Source of the DNA: a virus
DNA length: 64,000 nt
Direction: 5' to 3' (one strand)
IMG/VR virus record: IMGVR_UViG_3300020469_002640
Location: 24,500 to 88,499 of that record
Made by a program: the position numbers and the translations under genes. Of this stretch, positions 1 to 11,300 are shown piece by piece; the stretch's first letter is position 1; each line of letters starts with the position of its first letter. Under the pieces are notes generated by a model, which ran no database searches, had not been told where the DNA came from, and saw only the letters and a program-made list of their open reading frames with translations.

Positions 1-2043
1 TTCTAACTCTGTGCTGTTACGTCTTTTAGCTTCATCTAAACCTATACGTCCTTTTGTAACATCTAACCGTGCTTGAAAATAATCTCTAGTAGTTAGTTGT
101 TTTCCACCGTTCTTTTTGTTTTGCAACATAAATGCAATTCTTTCGTTGTCTACAAAAATATGTTCTTGCATACTATTTGCAACATCATTTGCCCAAGGAG
201 ATGTGCCATCAAGACCAGGCTTTGCTACTAATTGAGCATATTCTGTAGTAGTTTTAGCTACGCCTTGTTTTTGATAAGATACATTATAAGTGTTAGGTCT
301 ATTTCTTAAAGGATTTCCTATGTTTGCACTTGTAAGTTGCACACTGCTCCAACTATCTCTGATACCTTCTCTATCTTCTTGTTGTGTTAAAACAAAGTCT
401 GCTTCAGGATTAGATGCTTTTAAAGATTTATTAAACGCTGTTCTATACTTAGCTCCTTCTGGGCCTGCTGCATATTTGTAAGGTTGAGAAGTTTCATAAC
501 CACCTTCTTTAAGCCACCCTTCATCTAACAAATCTCCTCCTAAATCAGTTTTATACGTATACATTGATTTTGCAAGCTTTTTCATCATAGGAATATCTTC
601 TTTAGTCCAATTAGCATTAGGCATAGCTTTATTAAGAGCGTCTAGTTTTTCCATTTCATCCATAAGTTGCTCAGATTCAGTATCTATAAACATGCTAATA
701 AACCCTTCCTCTTGCGGGCGCTCCCAGTCTCTTACATTGTTTAAACCTTCAAAGTTTTCTACAATTTCATCACCTACATTTTTAAGAAATTCGTATCCTC
801 CACCTACACCATATCCAATTGCAAACATAGCTGGAACTGTAAGCTCAGCAAAAGGCCCTCCCAAGAATCCTGCAGGAGCAAACGCAGTTCCTACAATTGT
901 TCCTGTTGACATCATATTTTCAGTAAGTTCATCTACAGAAGTTTTTTGGAATGTAGAATTAGAATTAGTAGTTAACATATTTACAGTTTCAAATAAATCT
1001 AAATATCTATTTGAACCATCTATTTCTGCTTGCTCTTCAAATGCTCCATAAACTTTTTGATACTCTGTATAAGCAGAAGTGTTTCCAGTATTTTTAGCTA
1101 CATTAGCATATGTAGTTTCTCTTGTTTCTACAACATCATTTCTTTTCTTTTCTATTTGCTCTTCTGTTAAATCAGCATTACCTGTTATAACGCTTGCAGA
1201 AGATGTAAATGCTGATTTATTTTCATCTTTTTCTTGATATACTTTTGTAGTTGTTGGAGTACCTAACGTTGTTCTTCTGTCTGCAAACTCATTGTTTGAG
1301 CTACCAACTGCGCTTTGATACTCAGCCCGTCTAGTAAACGATCTTAACCGATCTTTAATATTAGCTTCTGCCATTGCCATAAGCTCTTCTGGAGTAGCAT
1401 TAGGGTTAGCCTGCTTTAATTGTATAAGTGCAAGCCTTCTAAAGTCTTGATCTCCTACTTGACTTTGCACATATGTATTATATACATCGTTTATATATGC
1501 TTCTGTAGAATTTATATCTTTACCAAAGTTTTGCACTAACCCTGACATTTCTCCGTTATAGTCAAGCTCTAATTCGTTTTGCACTTGATATGGATTTTCT
1601 TTCCACACACCATTTTCATCTTGAATGTAAGATTGATGCTGATCAAAAGAATTAGTACCAAAATCCCAAACATTGTTACCTTTAGCTCTTTGCTCATTTA
1701 TAAATGCAAGCTCATCTTGTCTAGTTTTATAAGATTGCTGGCCAAGCTGTACACCCCTATTTGACAACAAAGAGTTAGTAGCATCATCTATTGCTAGTGA
1801 TGCTGCTCCTGACTCCCAATTACCATTTGCTGAATAATCTTGTAATATATTTTGTCCTTCTGCTTTTGCATTGTTTACAAGCCACTCGTCGCCTTTACCT
1901 ACCTGCACTTGTGCGTATGCTCTGTCTAGTAAAGATTTCTTTTCTAGAGTTTGATCATACCTATTTCGTAAAACTTCTGCAACTTTAGCGTATCCCGGAT
2001 CGACATACTGACTCTGCATAGGAGTTAAATTGAATTTTGCCAT
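1..2043 (-). CDS. Virion cargo/ejection protein, crAss-like (3' end runs off the window)
   Basis: Not in the ORF track because it has no stop in the window. Reads MAKFNLTPMQSQYVDPGYAKVAEVLRNRYDQTLEKKSLLDRAY... from ATG at 2043. It lies directly after cargo protein 1, as in crAss-like gene order. Confidence 0.7.
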   Translation of the reverse strand, partial: MAKFNLTPMQSQYVDPGYAKVAEVLRNRYDQTLEKKSLLDRAYAQVQVGKGDEWLVNNAKAEGQNILQDYSANGNWESGAASLAIDDATNSLLSNRGVQLGQQSYKTRQDELAFINEQRAKGNNVWDFGTNSFDQHQSYIQDENGVWKENPYQVQNELELDYNGEMSGLVQNFGKDINSTEAYINDVYNTYVQSQVGDQDFRRLALIQLKQANPNATPEELMAMAEANIKDRLRSFTRRAEYQSAVGSSNNEFADRRTTLGTPTTTKVYQEKDENKSAFTSSASVITGNADLTEEQIEKKRNDVVETRETTYANVAKNTGNTSAYTEYQKVYGAFEEQAEIDGSNRYLDLFETVNMLTTNSNSTFQKTSVDELTENMMSTGTIVGTAFAPAGFLGGPFAELTVPAMFAIGYGVGGGYEFLKNVGDEIVENFEGLNNVRDWERPQEEGFISMFIDTESEQLMDEMEKLDALNKAMPNANWTKEDIPMMKKLAKSMYTYKTDLGGDLLDEGWLKEGGYETSQPYKYAAGPEGAKYRTAFNKSLKASNPEADFVLTQQEDREGIRDSWSSVQLTSANIGNPLRNRPNTYNVSYQKQGVAKTTTEYAQLVAKPGLDGTSPWANDVANSMQEHIFVDNERIAFMLQNKKNGGKQLTTRDYFQARLDVTKGRIGLDEAKRRNSTELE

Positions 2044-2068
2044 AATATATTTTATATTTTTATATTAA

Positions 2069-5000
2069 CTAAACTGATGCCGAATGACTGTATCGACGAA
2101 CAGCTAGTATTCTGTTAGGATCAAATGTAGCTTCAGTAACTCCTCCACCACCTTTGCTTCCTTGATTACCACCAAGCACTATAATATTTCCATTTTCATC
2201 TGTACCTGCATAGAATCCTACATGACCTGTGTTAGCCTTATCTGAACGCTCTCTAGCTGATGTCATGTCATCATATTTTCCTTTTGGATCTCTCCACATA
2301 ACAACAACATCCCCAATTTGATAATCATCTGCAGCAACTGGTACACTATTTTTATCATTTGCAAAACTTCTAGCAGATGCAGTGCCTGCATGCTCATATC
2401 CATTCATACCAAGAACAGATGCTGTAAAACCTGCACACCAAGCAGTTTTATAAGGATTATCTATTTTAGCTGTTCCTGCATAGTTATTAATAATTTCAGT
2501 AAGTAATCCTGTATGATCGGTTTCATTTTTACCTAAAAATGCTTTTGCTAATGTCATATTATCGTTACTAGCTAAAATTTCTTGAGCTGTATCAGAATTA
2601 GTGCCTGTGGCAGTTTGAATAACTTGTGCAGCATTATCAGCGTTTCCAGGATTATTATTTGACTGGGTATTAACTTGATTACTATTTAAAACTTTTCCGC
2701 TTTTCATATAATCTTCAATCGCCTGCTGCTGTTCTTCAGGGCTTAAAGCTCTTCCTAATACACCTGATCCTCCATCAATAGCATTTGCCATTAATATTGT
2801 TGCATCAAACGCTTTTTTATCTCTGTTAGCAGTTACAAGATTAGCAGCTGCAGTTTCTACTGCACCTATTTTATTAGCTTGTTGATCTGCTTGCATCTGT
2901 ACGTTAAACTTGTTAGCATCTTGCTTCAATTGTTTTACTGATAACTCATTACCTACATTTATAGTATCAGCTTTCATACCTAACTCAGCTTGCATATTAT
3001 CAATAGTAGTTCTAGATTTAACTTCTCTATCAGTTACACCAGCATTTGCATCCATCTTTCTTTCATATGCAGACATTAAGTTAATCATATCTGCAGGACC
3101 GCCTCCGCTAGTTTTAACAAATTGTACTACTTTTTGAAAATCGTTTTCATTTATAGCTCTCTCTCTGTCAAATTTTTGATATTTAAGTTTAGGAGTTTCT
3201 ACCGCAGTCACATCTCCTACTGCTTGCATTTGTGGAGTGTTAGCAGTATATGCAGCTATAGGCGCAATCATACTTGCAGCTAAAGCAAGTTTATCTGATT
3301 TTGCGTAAGGATTTATAATATCGCCGTAAGTAGTAGTATTTCCAGATGTATTAACGCCTTTACTTATTGTAGTATTATTCGAAGTATTAATGTTATTATT
3401 AACACCAAGTTCAGGATTATCAGAATCATATGACCCAATAACATCTACTGTATCACCTGTAAGAGGATTTATTACAGAGCCGTCTTCGTTAAAATCGCTC
3501 ATATTATACATATAAGGAGACTCTCCTGGCCCAAAGTAACTTGCACCAGTATCATAATATGTAAAATCTCCTGCTTGTCTAAAGTTTTTAGCAAAGTTTT
3601 CTTTTTCAGTTCCTGGACCTCTAACTGATTCAAGCATTGCTTCAGTAGTAGGTTTACTTCTATCTCTGTCTACAAATGCACTTAATCTATCTGAGTAAGA
3701 TTGGAGTAGTACAGGTGAATCCACAAGTGTATTGTCTTGTGGCATAGAAAGATTTTTAAAATTTCCCATCTGAGCATATCCTGCTACTTTAGAGTTTCGA
3801 CCTGCTGCCTTATCTTGTGCAGCTGCTAATGCGTCAATTTCACTTTGACTTCCACCTTCTTTTAACAACTTTTTATGAGCATCTGCAAACGAGTGTCCAC
3901 CATATCTTTTAGACCCATCTACATTTACATAATCAGAAAAGTAATAAGGCATTTCCATACCACCATGCTTTGCACTTGATACACCATCTTTAGTCTCTCC
4001 TCTTTCTACTTCTGAATCACCATCTATTATACCTCCTTGACTATGTCTATTGCCCATAAACTGAACAGCGTCTGATCCAGGTATAGGCATCATACTTCCA
4101 CCTTCAAGTTTCATACCTCCTTGTTTATAGCCTTTCTCATATTCAAATTTAGCATCTTCATTTGCATATTCAGTTCCCCACTTAGGAATAATAGGAGATA
4201 TAATTTTTCTCATTAAATTTCTAAAACCACTCTCAGTATTACCACGCTTTTCAAAACGTTTAGCATCTCTGTTATAGTTTTTTAAATATTTTTTTTCTTT
4301 ACCAGCTTCTGTTGCATCTACTAAACCTTGTTGAAAACGTCTTCTTTTGTCTTGCTCTCTCATCATTTGCTTATCATTTAAATAAGTAGCATGCGCTTCA
4401 GAACGGTATTTTATGCGATCTGGGATCTGGTCTGCAAACTGTGCCCCTCGTTGATCTAAAGGATTTATACCTAGCCTTTGCTCTCTAGGCAATACAGTTT
4501 CTTTAGTACCTCGCATGTAAGTTGTTTGATTTTCTACATCTGGGTTGTGCGGATTGTCTGCAAAAGTTCCTTTACTGTGAAGCTTAGTGCCTCCATATAG
4601 CCCTACGTTGTATCCAGGATTTTTTAAAGTATTATATTCATCTTCTGTTACATTAACATTTTCAAACGTAGATCCTAAATATCCAGAGCCGCCTCCAGAA
4701 TATGCATTACTTCTACCTACATTGCCTAATTTAAAATCTCCTTGCTTGTATTTCATACCGCCTTCTTTTACGCGAACACCATAACTACCTTCTCCAGTAC
4801 TCATTGTATTACCCATATCTGTAGTAGTACTTCCTATTCTTTCAAGCTCTTTTCTTGTTTCGTCTCTATTCATAGCAGTAAGCTCGTCGCCTATAAGAGT
4901 AGTTTGCAATCTATCTTCTTTTCTAGCTTTACCTCTTCCTAAAACACTTTTTACTATATCTACACCAGCAGATAAATCTCCAGATAATAGCCTACCTGCA

Positions 5001-5383
5001 TCTGCAGCTACTTCTGCTCCTGAATAGAACATATCAGAACCATCATCTACTAATGATGATGCTAAATTTCCTGCCATAGAAGCTCCTATTCCTCCGCCAC
5101 CTGCTTCGCCCCCGATACCATCAGCTGCCGCGTCACCTGCGCCTCCTTCTCCAGGAACTACATAATTTCGTGTTTGAGCATTATATCCTATTGATCCTTC
5201 AGGAGCTCCTTTTCCAATATTCATTTCATACCCAAATGGCATATCAATATTGTCCATTTCAGCATCAAAACCTTTGTCTCCTGTTAAAGTTCTTCCTACC
5301 CAATCTCTACTTAAAAAGCCTCCAGGCTGGTACTTACGTATTTTTGAATATAAACTAGGTGCTATTTTTTTATTTTTTTTCAT
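2069..5383 (-). CDS. Virion cargo protein 1-like, with C-terminal NlpC/P60-CHAP-type (TIGR02594-like) peptidoglycan hydrolase domain
   Basis: 1104 aa, Gly/Ala-rich. C-terminus has AWCAGF...SARSF...GDVVVMWR...GHVGFY...VLGGNQ (Cys/His dyad pattern). Follows the muzzle gene. Confidence 0.75.
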   Translation of the reverse strand: MKKNKKIAPSLYSKIRKYQPGGFLSRDWVGRTLTGDKGFDAEMDNIDMPFGYEMNIGKGAPEGSIGYNAQTRNYVVPGEGGAGDAAADGIGGEAGGGGIGASMAGNLASSLVDDGSDMFYSGAEVAADAGRLLSGDLSAGVDIVKSVLGRGKARKEDRLQTTLIGDELTAMNRDETRKELERIGSTTTDMGNTMSTGEGSYGVRVKEGGMKYKQGDFKLGNVGRSNAYSGGGSGYLGSTFENVNVTEDEYNTLKNPGYNVGLYGGTKLHSKGTFADNPHNPDVENQTTYMRGTKETVLPREQRLGINPLDQRGAQFADQIPDRIKYRSEAHATYLNDKQMMREQDKRRRFQQGLVDATEAGKEKKYLKNYNRDAKRFEKRGNTESGFRNLMRKIISPIIPKWGTEYANEDAKFEYEKGYKQGGMKLEGGSMMPIPGSDAVQFMGNRHSQGGIIDGDSEVERGETKDGVSSAKHGGMEMPYYFSDYVNVDGSKRYGGHSFADAHKKLLKEGGSQSEIDALAAAQDKAAGRNSKVAGYAQMGNFKNLSMPQDNTLVDSPVLLQSYSDRLSAFVDRDRSKPTTEAMLESVRGPGTEKENFAKNFRQAGDFTYYDTGASYFGPGESPYMYNMSDFNEDGSVINPLTGDTVDVIGSYDSDNPELGVNNNINTSNNTTISKGVNTSGNTTTYGDIINPYAKSDKLALAASMIAPIAAYTANTPQMQAVGDVTAVETPKLKYQKFDRERAINENDFQKVVQFVKTSGGGPADMINLMSAYERKMDANAGVTDREVKSRTTIDNMQAELGMKADTINVGNELSVKQLKQDANKFNVQMQADQQANKIGAVETAAANLVTANRDKKAFDATILMANAIDGGSGVLGRALSPEEQQQAIEDYMKSGKVLNSNQVNTQSNNNPGNADNAAQVIQTATGTNSDTAQEILASNDNMTLAKAFLGKNETDHTGLLTEIINNYAGTAKIDNPYKTAWCAGFTASVLGMNGYEHAGTASARSFANDKNSVPVAADDYQIGDVVVMWRDPKGKYDDMTSARERSDKANTGHVGFYAGTDENGNIIVLGGNQGSKGGGGVTEATFDPNRILAVRRYSHSASV

Positions 5384-5384
5384 A

Positions 5385-8300
5385 TTATCTTATGTATTTG
5401 CGCATTCCGGCATTGAAGGAATACAAATTTACAAAATTTTGATTTAAATTATTAAATGTTAGACGAATACCTAAATAGGTGTCAGCAAATTTTCTTTGCA
5501 AGTTCCACGGTTTAGCAGGATCAATATACATATTATGTGTATTTATTCCATACGCACCATTAACTTGCCAAGTAGCTTCAAACATATCATGCACATCCTG
5601 GTTACCTACCCAATCTACTGCCTGAGAAGTTGTAGTAAGAGAATCCCATTCTAATTGAGTATCAGCATTTGATTCTGGAAAACCAGAAGTTAATACTCCT
5701 GCAGGTGCATATGCTGTAGGAGTCATTGCAAAAGTTTCATTAGTTGGATTGCTATAAGAAGCACTTTGAAAATGTGTGGTATATAAAGCAGCTTTATCTC
5801 TAAATTTATTTATTTGCCATTTGTGTGCTATTTTTCTAACATTTTCTAAATAAGCAATTTCAGTTTTTCCTGAATGCTGAGTACTATTATATACAAAGAA
5901 AGATGTAAACCCGTCTTTATCTAATCTTTTGTACCTAACATCTCTTAAATTTCCAACTCCATACTCATCTGAAGCTCTATCAAACACTTCTGTTTCATAT
6001 GATATATTTGAAAATATTTTTGATACATCTCTTTGTTTTGGACTATTAATAACAGCCTCTACTTCAAAAGGATATGTAAATGCTTCTACATTTAATATTT
6101 TATTTATAGGATACATCAATGAATTTTCTGTTCTTGGAGCGCAAAGATAAAAAGCTCCAGGTGTGTATACAGAATTGTGAGACCACAATCTCCAAGAATG
6201 CATATTATGAACACCATTCCAACCTGTAGCTCCGTTTCCTGTCCAACCATCAGTTAAAAACACAAGCTCTCCGCTTTCTCCAGCTAGCATACTAGCACCT
6301 TCAACTAAAGAATAGTTATGAGTAGTACGCTCCCAAAAAGGATTAGGAAGCTCTTCCCAATTAAAGAAACTACAAAGTCCTGAAAATTCTCCTGAACCAC
6401 TTTTATACGTGTATAAATGAGGTAAGTAATCATGAAAAGATCCCCACACATTTTGCTCTGGATAAAAAGAAATTGTCCATCCTACTCTAGCCCATAATTG
6501 TCTAGGCCGATCATCTTCGTCTGTTCTTGCTAACGGAGGTATTGATCTATCTGGCCTACCCTGTATAACATTGCTATCTTTAAAAGATTGTAACTTTACA
6601 CTTATGTCTATAGGAACTTCAATGTTTATAAAATCTTCTTCGTTTTTTACTGTAAAATCTAAAGTGTCAATTATCCTATCTGAAGTATACAATTTGTAAG
6701 AGTATTCAGGCTTATTACTAGAAGATATATCATTTAAACTTCCGTCAAAATTTTCTTCTGCTGTAAATGTTAACGTTTGGCTTTCAGTTCTCCACATTTT
6801 TTCTATCTTATATGTACCATTAGATACAACTCTTTCTACATACTCGCCTCCATAATGGACTTTAAGACTACCTGTAGTCATTCCAGATACTGTAAACTGT
6901 GTGATAATTTTTCTATTAGAAACAGTATTTAACTCCTGTCGTAAAGCATTTGACCCTGCGCCACTGTGTGTTATTTTATTATCTTTTATTTGCCATTTTG
7001 TATTGTCATACGCCCACGCATCAAATGCAACGTCTTTTATAGAAACAGACTGAACATATAAAGTATCTCCTCTATCAGCCTTTCCTCCAAAAATACTAAG
7101 TTTATATGACTCTCTATTTCCTGTTTTAAAGTTTACACCAGTTGTAGTATATACACTTTGATTAGTCACTACATGAAATATGTCATCTTCTCCTAAAGCT
7201 CCAGGTAAATTTATTCTAATACCTTTAGCACCTTTCCAAGTTATAATTAATATATAGTCTGTATAAGGTTCAAGAGAAACTTTATCTAAATAGAAAAAAG
7301 GATCATCTGGACCGTAATCCATTTGGAATGTACCAGATGATAATGCTCTAGAAGATGCGTCTTGTGCTATTTCATAGTAAAAATCTGCAGATGTATTTTG
7401 ACTACTAGAAAAATCTGTAGCATCAGAAAAGTCAGTTATAGGTAATAGTTCATTTCCATAACCAAAATCTCCATTTTCAACTTTTTCTACTCCAGGAAAA
7501 ACTTGTAACTCAAATATTTTTTCAGATGGATTATATACAATTTTACCTTCTCTATTACTTCTGCTTCTTGTTCTTCCATATGGTTCAAAAAAGTCTTTAC
7601 CTTCTAGTGTAGGCAACAAAGCTCTTTTTGTTAAAAGTATTCTTTGATTTCTTTCATCCCATCCACTTACAAAACCTACACCTAGTATAGGACTATCTGG
7701 CAGCCTATAGTTCCATTTATCAGAACTAAGATTTTCTTGGAACCAAGATTCCATTCCAAGCTTACTTATTTCAACAAGTTTTTGTCCTGCCATAAATATT
7801 TTATTATTTCTTTGATCAATAAAGAAATATCCATATTTAGTAATTAACGTTGAATACTGAGATTGTGTACCTCCATATCCTTCTTCTGTTTGTAAAAACT
7901 CATCAGGGTCTTGTGAAAATATATCTCCTGAACCTATAAATGCTTCTGACCCATCTTTCATAGTCATAGTTTGTTTACCTTTTGTAAGCAGCAAACTATC
8001 TTCCATGTGTATATATAAAAGATTATTAAACGCAGCTAGGTTCCATAACTCTCCTCTATTTTTAGGCATATCTTTGTAGTCGTTTGCTAAAAAATGTCTA
8101 AAGTTATCAGTAAGACTTCCAGGATCTGATTTTGTAGATCTTTGAACTCTAGTAGTAAAAACTGTAGGAGCAGCTATTAAATTTGGTAATGCAAACGCAG
8201 GTCGCGTATCATTTACTTTTGAATAATCTATGTTATACTTTATACTAGGCTGCGATGTTAAATCATAATATGTAGAAGGGTCGTAATGTTTTCCATCTCT

Positions 8301-11300
8301 ATCTTGTATTGCTACTTCTTTAAAAGAAGACCCAGGAACATATACGGATTCTTTACCTTCATCGTGTCTAAAGTTTACGTTGTCAGTAGTTTCAATAATA
8401 GACATAATTGCAGAAATTCTACATCTAGGATCCATTGTACTTATACGTGGAGATAAGGTTTGTCTAAATCCATATCTACATAAAAATATATCTCCTCCAA
8501 ATATTCCATGCTCAAAATGCACAGGATTAGCCCACCCATGTATTTCTGGGTTGTATTGGCCATTTGGAGCTGACGAATATTCTGTAAAGTATGTACTAGC
8601 TGTACTTTGTTGGACAGCAGCTGTACTGTATCCTCCAACTAGCCCGTTAATATTATCTAATTGTACTGCTAACTCTTGCTCTATAGCCTCAGCTGGATCT
8701 ACAAAATTATATAAGTCTCTTCCTACTATTTGAAAACCTGTCCAAACTAAGTTTTGACTATCTATAGTATTATATACATCTGTTTTAAAAGCTTCTAAGT
8801 TTACAGTACGAACTTGAGTTGCAGCATTGCTTAAATATACAGATTTATAATCTGACTTATTTGTTCTAATACCATTGTAATCATCTATATTAAGGCTCCC
8901 TACTTCATTTGTTACGCCTATTGCCATATGTGTTTCGCCGCCTCTATTATATAGTCTATACCCAAACCCTGCAGCAGTTGCAGTTAGTACTGTATTTCCT
9001 TCTACATATGTTTTACATCTTTCTTTTATTACATAATTTACAAGGCTTGGAAGTACTGAAGTACTTTTAGAAATATAAAAATTAGACTTTATTAATTCAA
9101 AATTACAAGCACTATCTACATCTAACTCGTGCAAAACTCCAGGTCCTAAAAATACATTGTGCGTTGTTATTGTTTGCACTGAAATGTGTGTAGCAGGCGA
9201 TATAGAATCTTGAGTTCGTAAAAGTTCAAAATTATAAAAAGAAAGTACATTAGTTTTTCTTTCATCATTTTTATGGTCACCAATTTCTAAAGGCAACTTT
9301 ACCCAAAAAGGTTGGCTACTACTAACTCCTTCAGCTGGATCGTTAGGACATCCTCCAAGTCTTCCTGTTTTTTTAAAATAAGGAACAACAGGGCCTTGTC
9401 CTAAAATTCTTTTATTTTTATGATCTCGTTTTGCGTGATAAATTCTAAATCCTTGAACTTTTCTTGCTATTTCTATAGGTATTTTAATATCAGTAAGATC
9501 AAATCCTAACACACGAACAGTATCGCTAACTACTCCTCCATCTGTAATTGTATGACAATAACCAGGCAAGTCAGGATTTTTAACTTTCATCCATCCTTCA
9601 TCAAAACTACCGCCTAAAGCATTAGAGACATTTGAATCATTTGGATAGTCAGCAGAGCTAAACTGCTCAGCAAACCAGCTTCCAATTGCATCAGCTAGTC
9701 CGCCTCCCGCCCAGTTAGGAATTCCTGAATCTATATAATACGACTCATGTGACACAAGTATCCAATCATTATCTTCTTGTATAGAAACTACAAGGCCATT
9801 ATAAGTTCCACTTCCTGTAGCCCAATCAGCCATGTCCCAATATATTTCATATGTAGTACCTACTTCAATAGTAGTAGGCATATGATCAACATGAAATGCT
9901 GTCATGGCAGCCATCATGTATGTAGGTATTGCATCGCCATTTTCATCTATCCATGTTAGTCCTAGTGAATTTATATCACTGTCTGTAATTGCTATATCAT
10001 CAAATGTCCATTTAATATCAGGAGCGTCTGGATCTGCTAGTGACGGTGAGCTAGTACTAGTATGTTTAATAGCTGCAAACTCATTATGTGAATTTTTAGG
10101 AAAATGATGATGTCTAACTCTTGCAGGTTTTCCATTTTCATCTTTATATGCAGGATGTGCAAATGCAGGAGTAGAAGGATAAAACTCAGTTTCGTTTTCC
10201 CAATAATTCATATTGTTTGAATTTGGTTCCTGACTATAAGATTTAACATGGAAATTTTTTACATTTCCTAGTTTCATTATTTCTGCTGCATCAGCCCCCT
10301 GAAGATCAGTAGCACTAGTATCTAAATCATATTTTTCATCTAGTATAGCTTCTCGCCCAGGAATGTGATATGCATATGACATGCTACCATCATTAAGTAT
10401 AAAAGCAATATAAAAAGCATATACTTCACCGCGCATATACCCTCTACGCTTATAACAATTCCAAGGATCTCTATATCCGTTTGATTTGTCTGCTTCTAAA
10501 GGCTCAACTTCTATAAAGCCATTTTCAATGTTATCTGTAATTAATGAGTATGGATCAAAATTGGAAATCTCTTTAACTGTAGCAGTTAATTTAATATCTG
10601 CTGCATAAGGTTGAAAACCTATATCTTTTGTTCCTGTTAAATTTCCTAAATATAAAACATCATCTAACTGCGTCATAGTTTTTACAGTGTCATAAGATAC
10701 TTCATCAATTATTACATCTTCTACAGACGTAGAAATATATCCTTCTGTTCCTGAAAAACTTATGTCTATATGTTTATCCCACTGCTCCATACCATCCTGG
10801 CCTATTATTGCAGGATTTAAATTATTAAATGATACTTCTATATCATGCAATTGAAATGCAAATCTTTGATCTTCAATACTTTGTATAACAACTGGACGTA
10901 TAAATTTATAACAGTCGTTTATATTATTTACTCTCCATTTTATAGACTTTCCTGATTGACTTCCTGCTGCAGCACCATCATATCTTTCAATAGGCGTAAC
11001 ACTTTCTACATCTTCTACAATTGGTACAGGATTATCTACTACTACAAAATTAGTTACAGTTAAATCTACATCTACATATGCTAAAGCTAATTGATACGTA
11101 CCTGTTACTAATGCCCCTCCAGAAGTTACACTGTGTAAGTTTATATTAGGAACAGGACCGCTGTGTGTAAATAAATTTAATTGATCTACATAGTTTTTAT
11201 TAGTAGTATCAATCCATTTATTTGCATATATTAAACCAGGATTACCTAAACGATCTTGTCTGCTTACATTTAAAGTTCTAGGAGGATTTAAATTATCTGT

